From the NCBI GenBank assembly GCA_943846625.1, contig OX044362.1, forward strand, positions 1,596,030-1,660,029: a stretch of 64,000 bases of DNA, written 5' to 3'. Within the stretch, counting starts at the first letter, position 1; each line of letters opens with the position of its first letter. Origin of the DNA: an uncultured Roseivirga sp. (GTDB lineage Bacteria; Bacteroidota; Bacteroidia; Cytophagales; Cyclobacteriaceae). The position numbers and the translations under genes are program-made. Below the pieces are notes generated by a model. The model was given only the letters and a program-made list of their open reading frames with translations. It had not been told where the DNA came from and did not search any database. Below are positions 51,431 through 59,122 of the stretch, piece after piece.

Positions 51431-52153
51431 CTATATATATCCCATTACCTTATAAGTAGCAATACCCACTAGTTCTTTAATGAGCTGTTCCCAACGACCA
51501 ATAGCCTCTGATTTTGGTATAAAGAGATCATCAAAGTGAGTCGTTGAGCGAGTGGTTAGGAACCCAGCAGGAAAAATATCAAATTCAATTCCTTGTTTCT
51601 CTAGGCAAAGCTTCGACCTTTTCATATGAAAAGAAGAGGTAACGAGGAGATACTTCTTATCTGGAAACTTAGATCTCAGTATCTCAGCAACTTTTACTGC
51701 ATTTTCGTAGGTATTGACAGCTTCGGGTTCCTTAGTAATCACAGAATCTGGCACTCCAGCCATGGTAAGAAAAGAAGCCAATCTATCAGCCGCATTACTA
51801 TTCGCTACTTGTTGAAAGCCCAATCCACCACTGACTATAATGTTTTTGACTTTCCCTTCCTTATATAATTGTAAAGTATGGGTAATTCGATCTGCTCCAT
51901 TTTGAAAGTATACTCGATCTCTTGGTGTCTTACTCCCTCTTGTTACACCTGAGAAGACAATAGCCACATCATACTCGCCCACTTCCTCCATGGGAATCGG
52001 GTCATATTCCCACCAAAGCGCATCTATAGTACAAAGGCAATCAAAACTTCGGTAACGATTTTTTAAAACCGAGGTCCAGTAAAGAAAAATAGAGGCAATG
52101 TTTACCCAACCCACTTTGTATTTAGGAATCATGAATGGCCAACACAAAATCAC
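51431..52153 (-). CDS. YdcF/ElyC (DUF218) family protein; start uncertain, N-terminal TM region apparently missing
   Basis: ADRITHTLQLY, IIVSGG, NTYENA, LLVTSSFHMKRS; recognisable similarity begins only near 52024 (DALWWEYDP). Confidence 0.75.
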   Translation of the reverse strand: MILCWPFMIPKYKVGWVNIASIFLYWTSVLKNRYRSFDCLCTIDALWWEYDPIPMEEVGEYDVAIVFSGVTRGSKTPRDRVYFQNGADRITHTLQLYKEGKVKNIIVSGGLGFQQVANSNAADRLASFLTMAGVPDSVITKEPEAVNTYENAVKVAEILRSKFPDKKYLLVTSSFHMKRSKLCLEKQGIEFDIFPAGFLTTRSTTHFDDLFIPKSEAIGRWEQLIKELVGIATYKVMGYI

Positions 52154-52382
52154 ACTCAGCGGTGTGGTATTCTATGTAGAGGAAGAATGCCGCAAGCTAT
52201 TGACAGACCACCTTACCATTATTAACCGATCGAGTTCAGCGATTCAATCAGAAGAAATGATTGATGAGCGCATGGCCGAAATGTTACTAGACGAATTGAA
52301 AGAAGAGGTTAAAGAGGTAATCACATTTAAAGCCGTAGAACACTTTATAGAACGAACAAGACATTTAAGACAGCCTGATTAG
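52131..52382 (+). CDS. Stand-alone homolog of the N-terminal domain of long Bacteroidota PspC proteins
   Basis: KITLSGVVFYVEEEC..LL..HL...IDERMAEML...VIT...VE..I pattern. Confidence 0.6.
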   Translation: MNGQHKITLSGVVFYVEEECRKLLTDHLTIINRSSSAIQSEEMIDERMAEMLLDELKEEVKEVITFKAVEHFIERTRHLRQPD

Positions 52383-52422
52383 TTTTTGGTTTGAGGTAAA
52401 TTTAAGCAGGTGTTTTCTATCT

Positions 52423-52455
52423 GGATCCTGGCGGTACTCGTCAGGATCTTTTTTT
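52423..52455 (+). terminator. Intrinsic terminator
   Basis: GATCCTGGCG-gtact-CGTCAGGATC-TTTTTTT. Confidence 0.85.
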
Positions 52456-52629
52456 GTAACCTACTTTGACGCTTTGCCAAATACATTCCAACTGTTCTAA
52501 AGAGTTATGTCGAAATTGATCAGATCGGTATGAAGTCAGAGTTTCTGGTTGCAGTATCATCCTTATATTTGGGAGACTGAGTATTCCACAAGTGCGATGA
52601 AGTGAGGTGATTCCTTAATCCTGATTCAG

Positions 52630-53013
52630 TCAAAACTTTCGCCACTTTCTTTTATCTCTATTATCGCATACAAAGCTTGATTTAAAGCGTCCATTAAATA
52701 GATCTATGTGGAGTTTAAAATCTTTGTCCATTCTAAATACAAAGTGACGGGATTGGGCGAATTCAATGAATATCTCATTACGCTGTAAGACGCGTAATAG
52801 GTCTCTTGCCACAGCACTGCCTTTAATATTATTCGTTACGGTATTCTTTTCAACGTCTAATTTGAAAACATATCGCTTACGATCTCCTGCTTTACTAAAG
52901 TCACTGGCATTTAATAAGATGGCTGAAGGCCTTGATTTTGTAAGTTCTAGGAGAATTTCAGGCATGTGTTTCTGCCAAATGGGTTCGTATAGGGGTGAAT
53001 TTTGATCTGTCAT
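52630..53013 (-). CDS. Hypothetical protein with GDRKRYVF...NNIKGSAVARDL motif
   Basis: 127-aa ORF with an A-rich start context; I recall this motif from uncharacterised Bacteroidota proteins. Confidence 0.65.
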   Translation of the reverse strand: MTDQNSPLYEPIWQKHMPEILLELTKSRPSAILLNASDFSKAGDRKRYVFKLDVEKNTVTNNIKGSAVARDLLRVLQRNEIFIEFAQSRHFVFRMDKDFKLHIDLFNGRFKSSFVCDNRDKRKWRKF

Positions 53014-53024
53014 AATAATTTAAT

Positions 53025-53165
53025 TTTGATCCTCTCCAATAATTCATCTGCAGGGCCTAATCGGTCCCCTTTTTGCATGCTGTAATTTCTGCTGCTGAAA
53101 GCAGTTTTCCTTCAAAGGCTTTTCTAAAGCCTCGGTAATACTTTGCGCTACTTTATCGCAAGCTC
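53025..53165 (-). pseudogene. Decayed 3' remnant of a type I restriction-modification specificity subunit (hsdS)
   Basis: Three frames join into CDKVAQSITEALEK / KAFEGKLLSAAEITACKKGTD* / PADELLERIK. Confidence 0.65.
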
Positions 53166-53207
53166 CTTGAATTGATTCTGAAAAATTGGAATTAACCAAT
53201 AGCCCAA

Positions 53208-54176
53208 TTAATCCATCCCCTTTTTAATCTCTTCTGCCAGCTGGTAAACAGCCATGGCGTACATAGGGCTATGGTTGTAGCGTGTAATCACATAGAAGTT
53301 ATAGAGACCAAACCAGTATTCAGTATTACCATCCTTATCAAAAATCAACATTGTGGCAGGTAAGTCGGCTTGTAGTGCATCGGCAGGCTTAAAGCCTATC
53401 TTAGTGTAATCAGATACTTTGTTTTTAGGTCTAAGGACTTGTTTGTTCAGTTTCGTAATCTCCCGTGTCATTTCGGCTTTAGAAGTGATCGGCTGACCCT
53501 TCTTCCAGCGGTGAACCTTTAGATAATTGGCTACACTAGCAATGGCATCTTCAGGGCTGTCCATGAGGTCGCGAGTGCCGTTTGCTTCGAAGCTTTTCGC
53601 ATAAGCGATATAACTACTTGGCATAAACTGACTATAGCCCATAGCGCCAGCATAGGAGCCAAGCACTTTAGTGGCATCTAAGCTTTCTAGTTTAGAGAGG
53701 GTGAAAAACTTCTCCAATTCGGATTTAAAGAATTTACCACGTTTTGGATAGCCAAAGCCGAGCGTATAGAGGGCGTCCAATACCTTGTAAGAGCCTTTTA
53801 TTCTTCCAAAGTATGTTTCTACACCAATAATCCCTAAAATGATTTCTTCGGGAATGCCCGAATCGGTACTTACTTGTGCTAGTGTAGACTTGTGTTCTTT
53901 GTAGAAAGCGATCCCGGCATCGATTCTTCCTTGTTTGATAAAGATTTTACCATAGCGTTCCCAGGTCATGGTACCTTCAGCAGGCTTTGAAATTTTTTCG
54001 ATGATTTCTGGCTGAAACTCGGCTTGGTTTAAAATTCTCATTACCTCTTCCTTGGAAAAATCCTTGTCCTTAGCGGCAAAGTCGGTTGCAAACTTTTCAA
54101 CTGCAGCAGGATCAACCTGCGCAAAGGATGCTAAGGTGACCAGGTAAATAAGAATACCGAGAAGTGGTTTACGCAT
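53208..54176 (-). CDS. mltB: Lytic murein transglycosylase B
   Basis: GIIGVETYFG, GSYAGAMGYSQFMPSSY, DAIASVANYL, ITRYNHSPMYAMAV. Confidence 0.95.
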   Translation of the reverse strand: MRKPLLGILIYLVTLASFAQVDPAAVEKFATDFAAKDKDFSKEEVMRILNQAEFQPEIIEKISKPAEGTMTWERYGKIFIKQGRIDAGIAFYKEHKSTLAQVSTDSGIPEEIILGIIGVETYFGRIKGSYKVLDALYTLGFGYPKRGKFFKSELEKFFTLSKLESLDATKVLGSYAGAMGYSQFMPSSYIAYAKSFEANGTRDLMDSPEDAIASVANYLKVHRWKKGQPITSKAEMTREITKLNKQVLRPKNKVSDYTKIGFKPADALQADLPATMLIFDKDGNTEYWFGLYNFYVITRYNHSPMYAMAVYQLAEEIKKGMD

Positions 54177-54251
54177 GGGTTTAGAGTATAAGTTTCAAAT
54201 ATAGAACTCGTTCGATAGAGTCAAAACGCTTATTAGAAATACGGTAGCTTA

Positions 54252-54293
54252 ATTTAGCTATGAGCCATGAGCTTTAAGCTTTGAGTTATGAGC
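54252..54293 (+). repeat. Degenerate 7-bp tandem repeat (consensus TATGAGC) x6
   Basis: atttagc tatgagc catgagc tttaagc tttgagt tatgagc. Confidence 0.85.
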
Positions 54294-54376
54294 TTCTTAC
54301 CTCCAGTTTCTCTTATTCCTTGATTTCTCTTTAGGGATTGAGGGCTTTTTGGTTAACACTTTACGGTAAGCTACAC

Positions 54377-54439
54377 GCTTCCAACTTCTGTCTTCCGACT
54401 TCTAACTTCTATCTTCCGACTCCCGACTTCTATCTTTTT
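54377..54439 (+). repeat. Degenerate 7-bp tandem repeat (consensus WCTTCYR) x9
   Basis: gcttcca acttctg tcttccg acttcta acttcta tcttccg actcccg acttcta tcttttt. Confidence 0.9.
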
Positions 54440-54453
54440 TCTATCTTTCTAGC

Positions 54454-55629
54454 ATGTTTAGTGCCAAGGATATTGAAAAGTTTCGAACCGAAACGGATGG
54501 AGTTCAAAAAGTCATTCATTTGAACAATGCAGGAAGTTCTCTTCCCCCGAACGCTGTCCGAGATGCGGTGATCCAATATGTCGCGGAGGAAGCTACCTAT
54601 GGGGGCTACGAAACGCATACTAAGTACTTTGAACAAATCGAACTGACTTATGATGTTATCGCCAAGTTGATCAATGCGTCAAGAGAAGAGATTGCTTTGG
54701 TTGAAAATGCTACTGCAGCATGGAATGGAGCCTTTCAGGCCATCGATTGGCAAGATGGGGACGAGATTATCACGAACCAGTCCGATTACGCGAGTAATTA
54801 TATCGCTTATTTACATCACCCATGCGATTTGGAGATCAAAGTGATTCCCAATTTGCCAAATGGTGATCTAGATTTGGAAGCCTTTGAGGCCATGATCACT
54901 TCTAAAACTAAGTTGGTGTCCATTACCCATATGCCCACCAATGGGGGCTTAGTAGCACCGTCCGAGGCCATCGGTAAGATTTGCAAAAAGCATGACGTGC
55001 TCTATCTGCTTGATGCTTGTCAGTCTGCTGGCCAATATCCTTTAGATGTGAGGGCTATTGGTTGTGATATGATGTCTGTGACAGGGCGAAAGTACCTCCG
55101 CGGGCCGAGAGGAACTGGGTTTTTATATGTGAGCAAAGCTGTACTGCCCGAACTGAGTCCATACTATTTGGATTTACATTCTGCCAATTGGACGGGAAAA
55201 GACTCCTATGAAATCAGATCCGATGCTCGCAAATTTGAAAGCTGGGAGGGAAGTAGAGCGAATACCATGGGACTCAAGGTGGCTTGTGAATATATTCTTG
55301 AAATCGGCATTGAGAATATTTGGAAACGTGTTCAGCACTTAGGAGACTATTTAAGGACTGAGCTTTCGGCACACGAAGGCGTTCATGTACAAGATATTGG
55401 GTCGGTTCAAAGCGGGATCGTTTCGTTTACTGTCGATGGAAAGTCTGCTAGTGAAGTCAAAGAATATCTTTCCGAAAAGATGATTAATGTGTCGTGGAAC
55501 GGTGTGTCTAATACTTATTTAGACATGACGGCCAGAGGTTTGAATGAAATCGTTCGCGCTTCGGTACACTATTATAATACAGAGGAGGAGGTGGATGCCT
55601 TTATTAAGGAGTTAAAGCAGCTTAGCTAA
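54454..55629 (+). CDS. Class V PLP-dependent aminotransferase/lyase
   Basis: HLNNAGSS, ENATAAW, LDACQSAG, TGRKYLRGPRGTG, RASVHYYNT. Confidence 0.88.
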   Translation: MFSAKDIEKFRTETDGVQKVIHLNNAGSSLPPNAVRDAVIQYVAEEATYGGYETHTKYFEQIELTYDVIAKLINASREEIALVENATAAWNGAFQAIDWQDGDEIITNQSDYASNYIAYLHHPCDLEIKVIPNLPNGDLDLEAFEAMITSKTKLVSITHMPTNGGLVAPSEAIGKICKKHDVLYLLDACQSAGQYPLDVRAIGCDMMSVTGRKYLRGPRGTGFLYVSKAVLPELSPYYLDLHSANWTGKDSYEIRSDARKFESWEGSRANTMGLKVACEYILEIGIENIWKRVQHLGDYLRTELSAHEGVHVQDIGSVQSGIVSFTVDGKSASEVKEYLSEKMINVSWNGVSNTYLDMTARGLNEIVRASVHYYNTEEEVDAFIKELKQLS

Positions 55630-56427
55630 CAACTCCTTTACCACTTTAGCAGCTACCATTCCGGTTACACCATTGATATCACGGTCAGGGTTATATTCAA
55701 CCACATCGCAGCCAACTATTTTTGCATCTAGTTTCTGTATCATGTTGATTGCTTCTCGCGTAGTCAGTCCGCCCGGTTCGTGATGCGACACACCAGGTGC
55801 AAAGGCCGGATCAAGGACATCCATATCAAAGGTAATATAGACTGGGCCATCGAATTTCATATTAATCTCTGAAGACCAGTCTTTCATCTCGATGACATTT
55901 ACACCAAAGCGATCCGCTTGTTCTTTCTGATGAGATGTCATGGTGCGAATTCCAATTTGTGTCAAGTGTTTCGCCAAGCCATTCTCCATGATGCGCGCAA
56001 AAGGGCAGGCATGTGAATGCTTATTGCCGTCTAGTTCGTCATAGAGGTCGCCATGTGCATCAAACTGAATGATGTGGAGGTTAGGGTACTTCTCAGCCAA
56101 AGCCTGCATGATAGGGTAGGCCATAGAGTGATCGCCACCTAAAGAAAACGGGAGGGCATCCTGCGCAAGTATCTCTCTAATGGGCGATCCAATGTCAAAG
56201 TAATCTTTCGGGGATGCATTGCCGCACCATTTGACGCGTGGATGTTCATTAAGGTCAGTCAGGTTCTCGGTAAAGAAATTAGCAGAGTCAGACTCCAGTG
56301 ATTCAATAATCAATTCTGGAGCCTTCGCTGGTCCTTGTAGAAAGGAAGAATTTTCGTCAAAAGGAATCCCAATCAGGGCGATGTCATTTGCGGCTAGCGT
56401 GTCAATTGTACTCCTTTTGATGCCCAT
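55612..56427 (-). CDS. speB: Agmatinase (ureohydrolase family)
   Basis: GGDHS, FDAHGD, HACPF, FDMDVLDPAFAPG, EYNP. Confidence 0.85.
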   Translation of the reverse strand: MGIKRSTIDTLAANDIALIGIPFDENSSFLQGPAKAPELIIESLESDSANFFTENLTDLNEHPRVKWCGNASPKDYFDIGSPIREILAQDALPFSLGGDHSMAYPIMQALAEKYPNLHIIQFDAHGDLYDELDGNKHSHACPFARIMENGLAKHLTQIGIRTMTSHQKEQADRFGVNVIEMKDWSSEINMKFDGPVYITFDMDVLDPAFAPGVSHHEPGGLTTREAINMIQKLDAKIVGCDVVEYNPDRDINGVTGMVAAKVVKELLAKLL

Positions 56428-58094
56428 TACTTCTGCCAGTTATCTCTAAGCGTTACCGTCCTGTTGAAAATCAAGTTTCCTTCTGTCGACTCTTTGTCTA
56501 CTATAAAGTAGCCTTGTCTTTCGAACTGGAAGAAATCACCCGGCTTAGCTTCTGCCAATGATGGCTCAAGTAAAACACCTTTATTGATCTCCAATGAATT
56601 CGGATTCAAGTGATTCGTCAACTCGTCATCAATCGTGCTGAGGTTTTCAGTAGTAAAGAGTCTGTCATACATTCGGATATCGGCTTTCACTGCATGGTCT
56701 GCAGAAACCCAACCCAATGTGCCTTTTACTTTCTTTCCGCTTGTGTCATGTCCACTGCGTGTATCTGGATCGTACTCGCAATACAGTTCAGTGATGTTAC
56801 CATCTGCATCCTTTTCAAAGCCAGTGCACTTCACAATGTATCCGTACTTCAAACGTACTTCACGATCTGGCCCTAAACGGTACCATTTCTTCGGAGGAGG
56901 AGGATTCTCTAAAAAGTCGCCTTGCTCTATATAAATTTCTCTCGTCAAAGGCATTTCACGACTTCCTGCTGCTTCGTCACCTGGGTTATTCACTGCAGGC
57001 ATCATTTCTGTTTTATCGGCAGGCCAGTTGGTAATCGTCACTTTCAGTGGATCAAGAATACCGAAAACGCGATTGGCTTTCTTATTCAAGTCCTCGCGGA
57101 TACTATGCTCAAGTAATGCAATGTCTGTAATGCCATCTCTTCTGGCTACGCCTACTTTGTGCGCAAAATTCTTAATCGATTCTGGCGTATAGCCTCTTCT
57201 TCTAAAACCAGAGATGGTAGGCATACGCGGATCGTCCCAGCCATTTACATGACCGTCTTCTACCAATTGTAAAAGCTTACGCTTACTGACAATGGTATAG
57301 CCCAAGTTTAAACGAGCAAACTCAGTCTGTTTTGAAGGAAAAATGTCGAGTGCATTGATCATCCAATCATACAAAGGCTTGTGGTCTCTAAATTCGAGTG
57401 TACACAAGCTATAGGTAACATTTTCTATAGAGTCTGACTGTCCGTGGGCAAAGTCATAATTAGGATAGATGCACCATTTGTCACCCGTTCTATGGTGATC
57501 GACTTTTTTGATTCTGTAGATAATCGGATCTCTCATGTGCATATTAGGAGAGTCCATGTCAATTTTCACCCTCAGTACACGGCTACCTTCTTCGCAAGCA
57601 CCACTGCGCATGGCTTCGAAGCGGGTTAGATTTTCCTCAACTGAAAGGTCTCTATAAGGACTTTTAATCCCTGGGATGGTGGGATTGGTCTTGCCTGCGC
57701 TAATTTCTTCAGCACTTTGGTCATCGACATACGCTTTCCCGTCTTCGATTAACTTGATGGCATAAGTGTATAGTTGATCGAAATAGTCAGAGGTGAAGAG
57801 GGGTTTGTCGCCATAGTCATAGCCTAGCCATTTGATGTCCTCGATAATCGCGTTCACGTACTCCATACTTTCCTTTGCAGGATTAGTGTCGTCAAAACGC
57901 AGATTGCACTTGCCATTATATTTTTCGGCTAACTCAAAGTTCAGCACAATGGATTTAGCGTGACCGATATGCAAGTAACCGTTGGGTTCTGGTGGGAAGC
58001 GTGTCTGGACAAAAGAGTTTTTACCTGATTTGAGGTCTTCTTCTATCATTCGCTCAATAAAGTTGAGCGATTCTTTGTTTTCGTTTCCCACCAT
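56427..58094 (-). CDS. glnS: Glutamine--tRNA ligase
   Basis: TRFPPEPNGYLHIGH, RFDDTNP, SLCTLEF, VSKRKL, FQFERQGYF. Confidence 0.97.
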   Translation of the reverse strand: MVGNENKESLNFIERMIEEDLKSGKNSFVQTRFPPEPNGYLHIGHAKSIVLNFELAEKYNGKCNLRFDDTNPAKESMEYVNAIIEDIKWLGYDYGDKPLFTSDYFDQLYTYAIKLIEDGKAYVDDQSAEEISAGKTNPTIPGIKSPYRDLSVEENLTRFEAMRSGACEEGSRVLRVKIDMDSPNMHMRDPIIYRIKKVDHHRTGDKWCIYPNYDFAHGQSDSIENVTYSLCTLEFRDHKPLYDWMINALDIFPSKQTEFARLNLGYTIVSKRKLLQLVEDGHVNGWDDPRMPTISGFRRRGYTPESIKNFAHKVGVARRDGITDIALLEHSIREDLNKKANRVFGILDPLKVTITNWPADKTEMMPAVNNPGDEAAGSREMPLTREIYIEQGDFLENPPPPKKWYRLGPDREVRLKYGYIVKCTGFEKDADGNITELYCEYDPDTRSGHDTSGKKVKGTLGWVSADHAVKADIRMYDRLFTTENLSTIDDELTNHLNPNSLEINKGVLLEPSLAEAKPGDFFQFERQGYFIVDKESTEGNLIFNRTVTLRDNWQK

Positions 58095-58241
58095 TTTCTG
58101 TCTAACTGAATAGAGTGCAATTTTAGTGAAAACCGTTGAATTCAGCTTGTTAAATAGCGTTTATTTCAGTCAATGAAAATTGACAATCACAAAGAATCAT
58201 GGAAGTAGTAGTGGACTCTTTTAGAGTGGGTTAGGTATGAT

Positions 58242-58309
58242 TGTGTATAAACCTGTGGATAACCCAGTGGATAAGTATGTGAATAACTAAGTGGGAAACT
58301 TGTTGAAAA
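58242..58309. promoter_or_regulatory. Array of co-oriented DnaA boxes at 12-bp period
   Basis: TGTGTATAA 58242, TGTGGATAA 58254, AGTGGATAA 58266, TGTGAATAA 58278, then degenerate AGTGGGAAA 58290 and TGTTGAAAA 58301 (consensus TGTGNATAA). Confidence 0.85.
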
Positions 58310-58325
58310 CTAGAGGGTTACAATG

Positions 58326-58356
58326 TTTGCATCTAAAGATATGTAAAGTATCTTAG
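58326..58356 (+). promoter_or_regulatory. Bacteroidota housekeeping promoter for the candidate large ncRNA
   Basis: TTTG (58326-29)-N19-TATCTTAG (58349-56); the spacing matches the TTTG-N19-21-TAnnTTTG consensus. Confidence 0.7.
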
Positions 58357-58361
58357 GTATA

Positions 58362-59074
58362 CCAAGTGAGGGATAAAGAACAGAAGTCTAGCTTCAGTCT
58401 CTCTTCGGGAGAAGCCCGAAAAAGTGTAGTGAAAGGGTTGACATGTAAATGTTAATCTGAGACAGTCAGAGTGATACTGTTAGTATTTATCCAGATCGTA
58501 AGTGACGGATTGAATATCGGAAATTTCTTCAGGGAAATTGCCAGGTGTATGTGATCACTACTTTGAAAGGGAGTAATCATAAGACGTTCTAAAAATCTTT
58601 CTATGAAAGGTGATTAGGCATCATTTTAACAGTTGACTTTAATGAAAACTGAGCAATCAGGAATAGTTCTAGTCAGGAAAGTACTTCGGTACACACCTCA
58701 TCACCGTCAACGATTACTGGAAACAGTGATTGACACGCGCTCGCAAGAGCATGTGGAACATGTGGAGATTACTTTCGGGTAGTTTTGACAAAGAACGTTG
58801 ACAGATCTGCAGAGATATATAAGACTGCAAAAGCTTCGCATAACCGATTGGTGCTGAGCACCAAACTATAGGTGAAGCCGTAAGAAGACAGCGTTTAGAC
58901 TTGATTGCTTGGGCCTTCAAGTTTGAACAAAGTTCTGAACAGTAACTTGGCATCTTTAAATAGTTCATACTATTTAAAGATGAGCAGGGGGTGAGCAATC
59001 ACCCCCTGTCTTTGTTATTTGGGGGTATTTGAAAAAATACTGAAAAAGACCACTGGGGAGTGGTCTTTTTTTTT
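58362..59074 (+). ncRNA. Candidate large (~710 nt) highly structured non-coding RNA, class not recognised
   Basis: Promoter before and terminator after; about 10 UUCG/GNRA-capped hairpins; nested long-range helices 58362-67/58945-50, 58377-81/58932-36, 58384-90/58896-902, 58391-96/58873-78. Confidence 0.8.
59043..59074 (+). terminator. Intrinsic terminator closing the candidate ncRNA
   Basis: AAAAAGACCACT-gggg-AGTGGTCTTTTT-TTTT. Confidence 0.9.
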
Positions 59075-59122
59075 GCTCACTTCTAAACTTTTTTTTAAAA
59101 TATCCGTTGTCTTACTAGTTTT

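Noticed and set aside
52456-52629. Spacer downstream of the motif protein, checked for further defence-gene remnants
   Set aside because: No frame gave a pattern I could recognise; a BLASTX search would be needed.
54252-54439. Possible CRISPR array
   Set aside because: The units are contiguous 7-mers with no spacers, and no cas genes are present.
58200-58300. GTGGG repeats as MraZ-binding sites
   Set aside because: No mraZ/dcw cluster is adjacent, and the 9-mers match the DnaA consensus better.
58376-58396. AACAGAAGTCTAGCTTCA resembles the RNase P RNA 3' motif ACAGAAnnCGGCUUA
   Set aside because: It sits at the 5' end of the element, and the universal GAGGAAAGUCC motif is absent.
58642-58782. 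46-codon plus-strand ORF (MKTEQSGIVL...) inside the candidate ncRNA
   Set aside because: It runs through several tetraloop hairpins and has no recognisable homology. Not called, but Ribo-seq or codon-level conservation would be needed to exclude it fully.
58714-58998. 94-aa minus-strand ORF in the ORF track
   Set aside because: It is antisense to the structured region, has no recognisable motif, and the tetraloops and G-U pairs favour a plus-strand RNA.
58362-59074. Assignment as tmRNA, SRP RNA, or group I/II intron
   Set aside because: No tRNA-like GGGG...CCA ends, no SRP GGAA loop motif, no group II domain V, no convincing group I P7 core, and no flanking exon.
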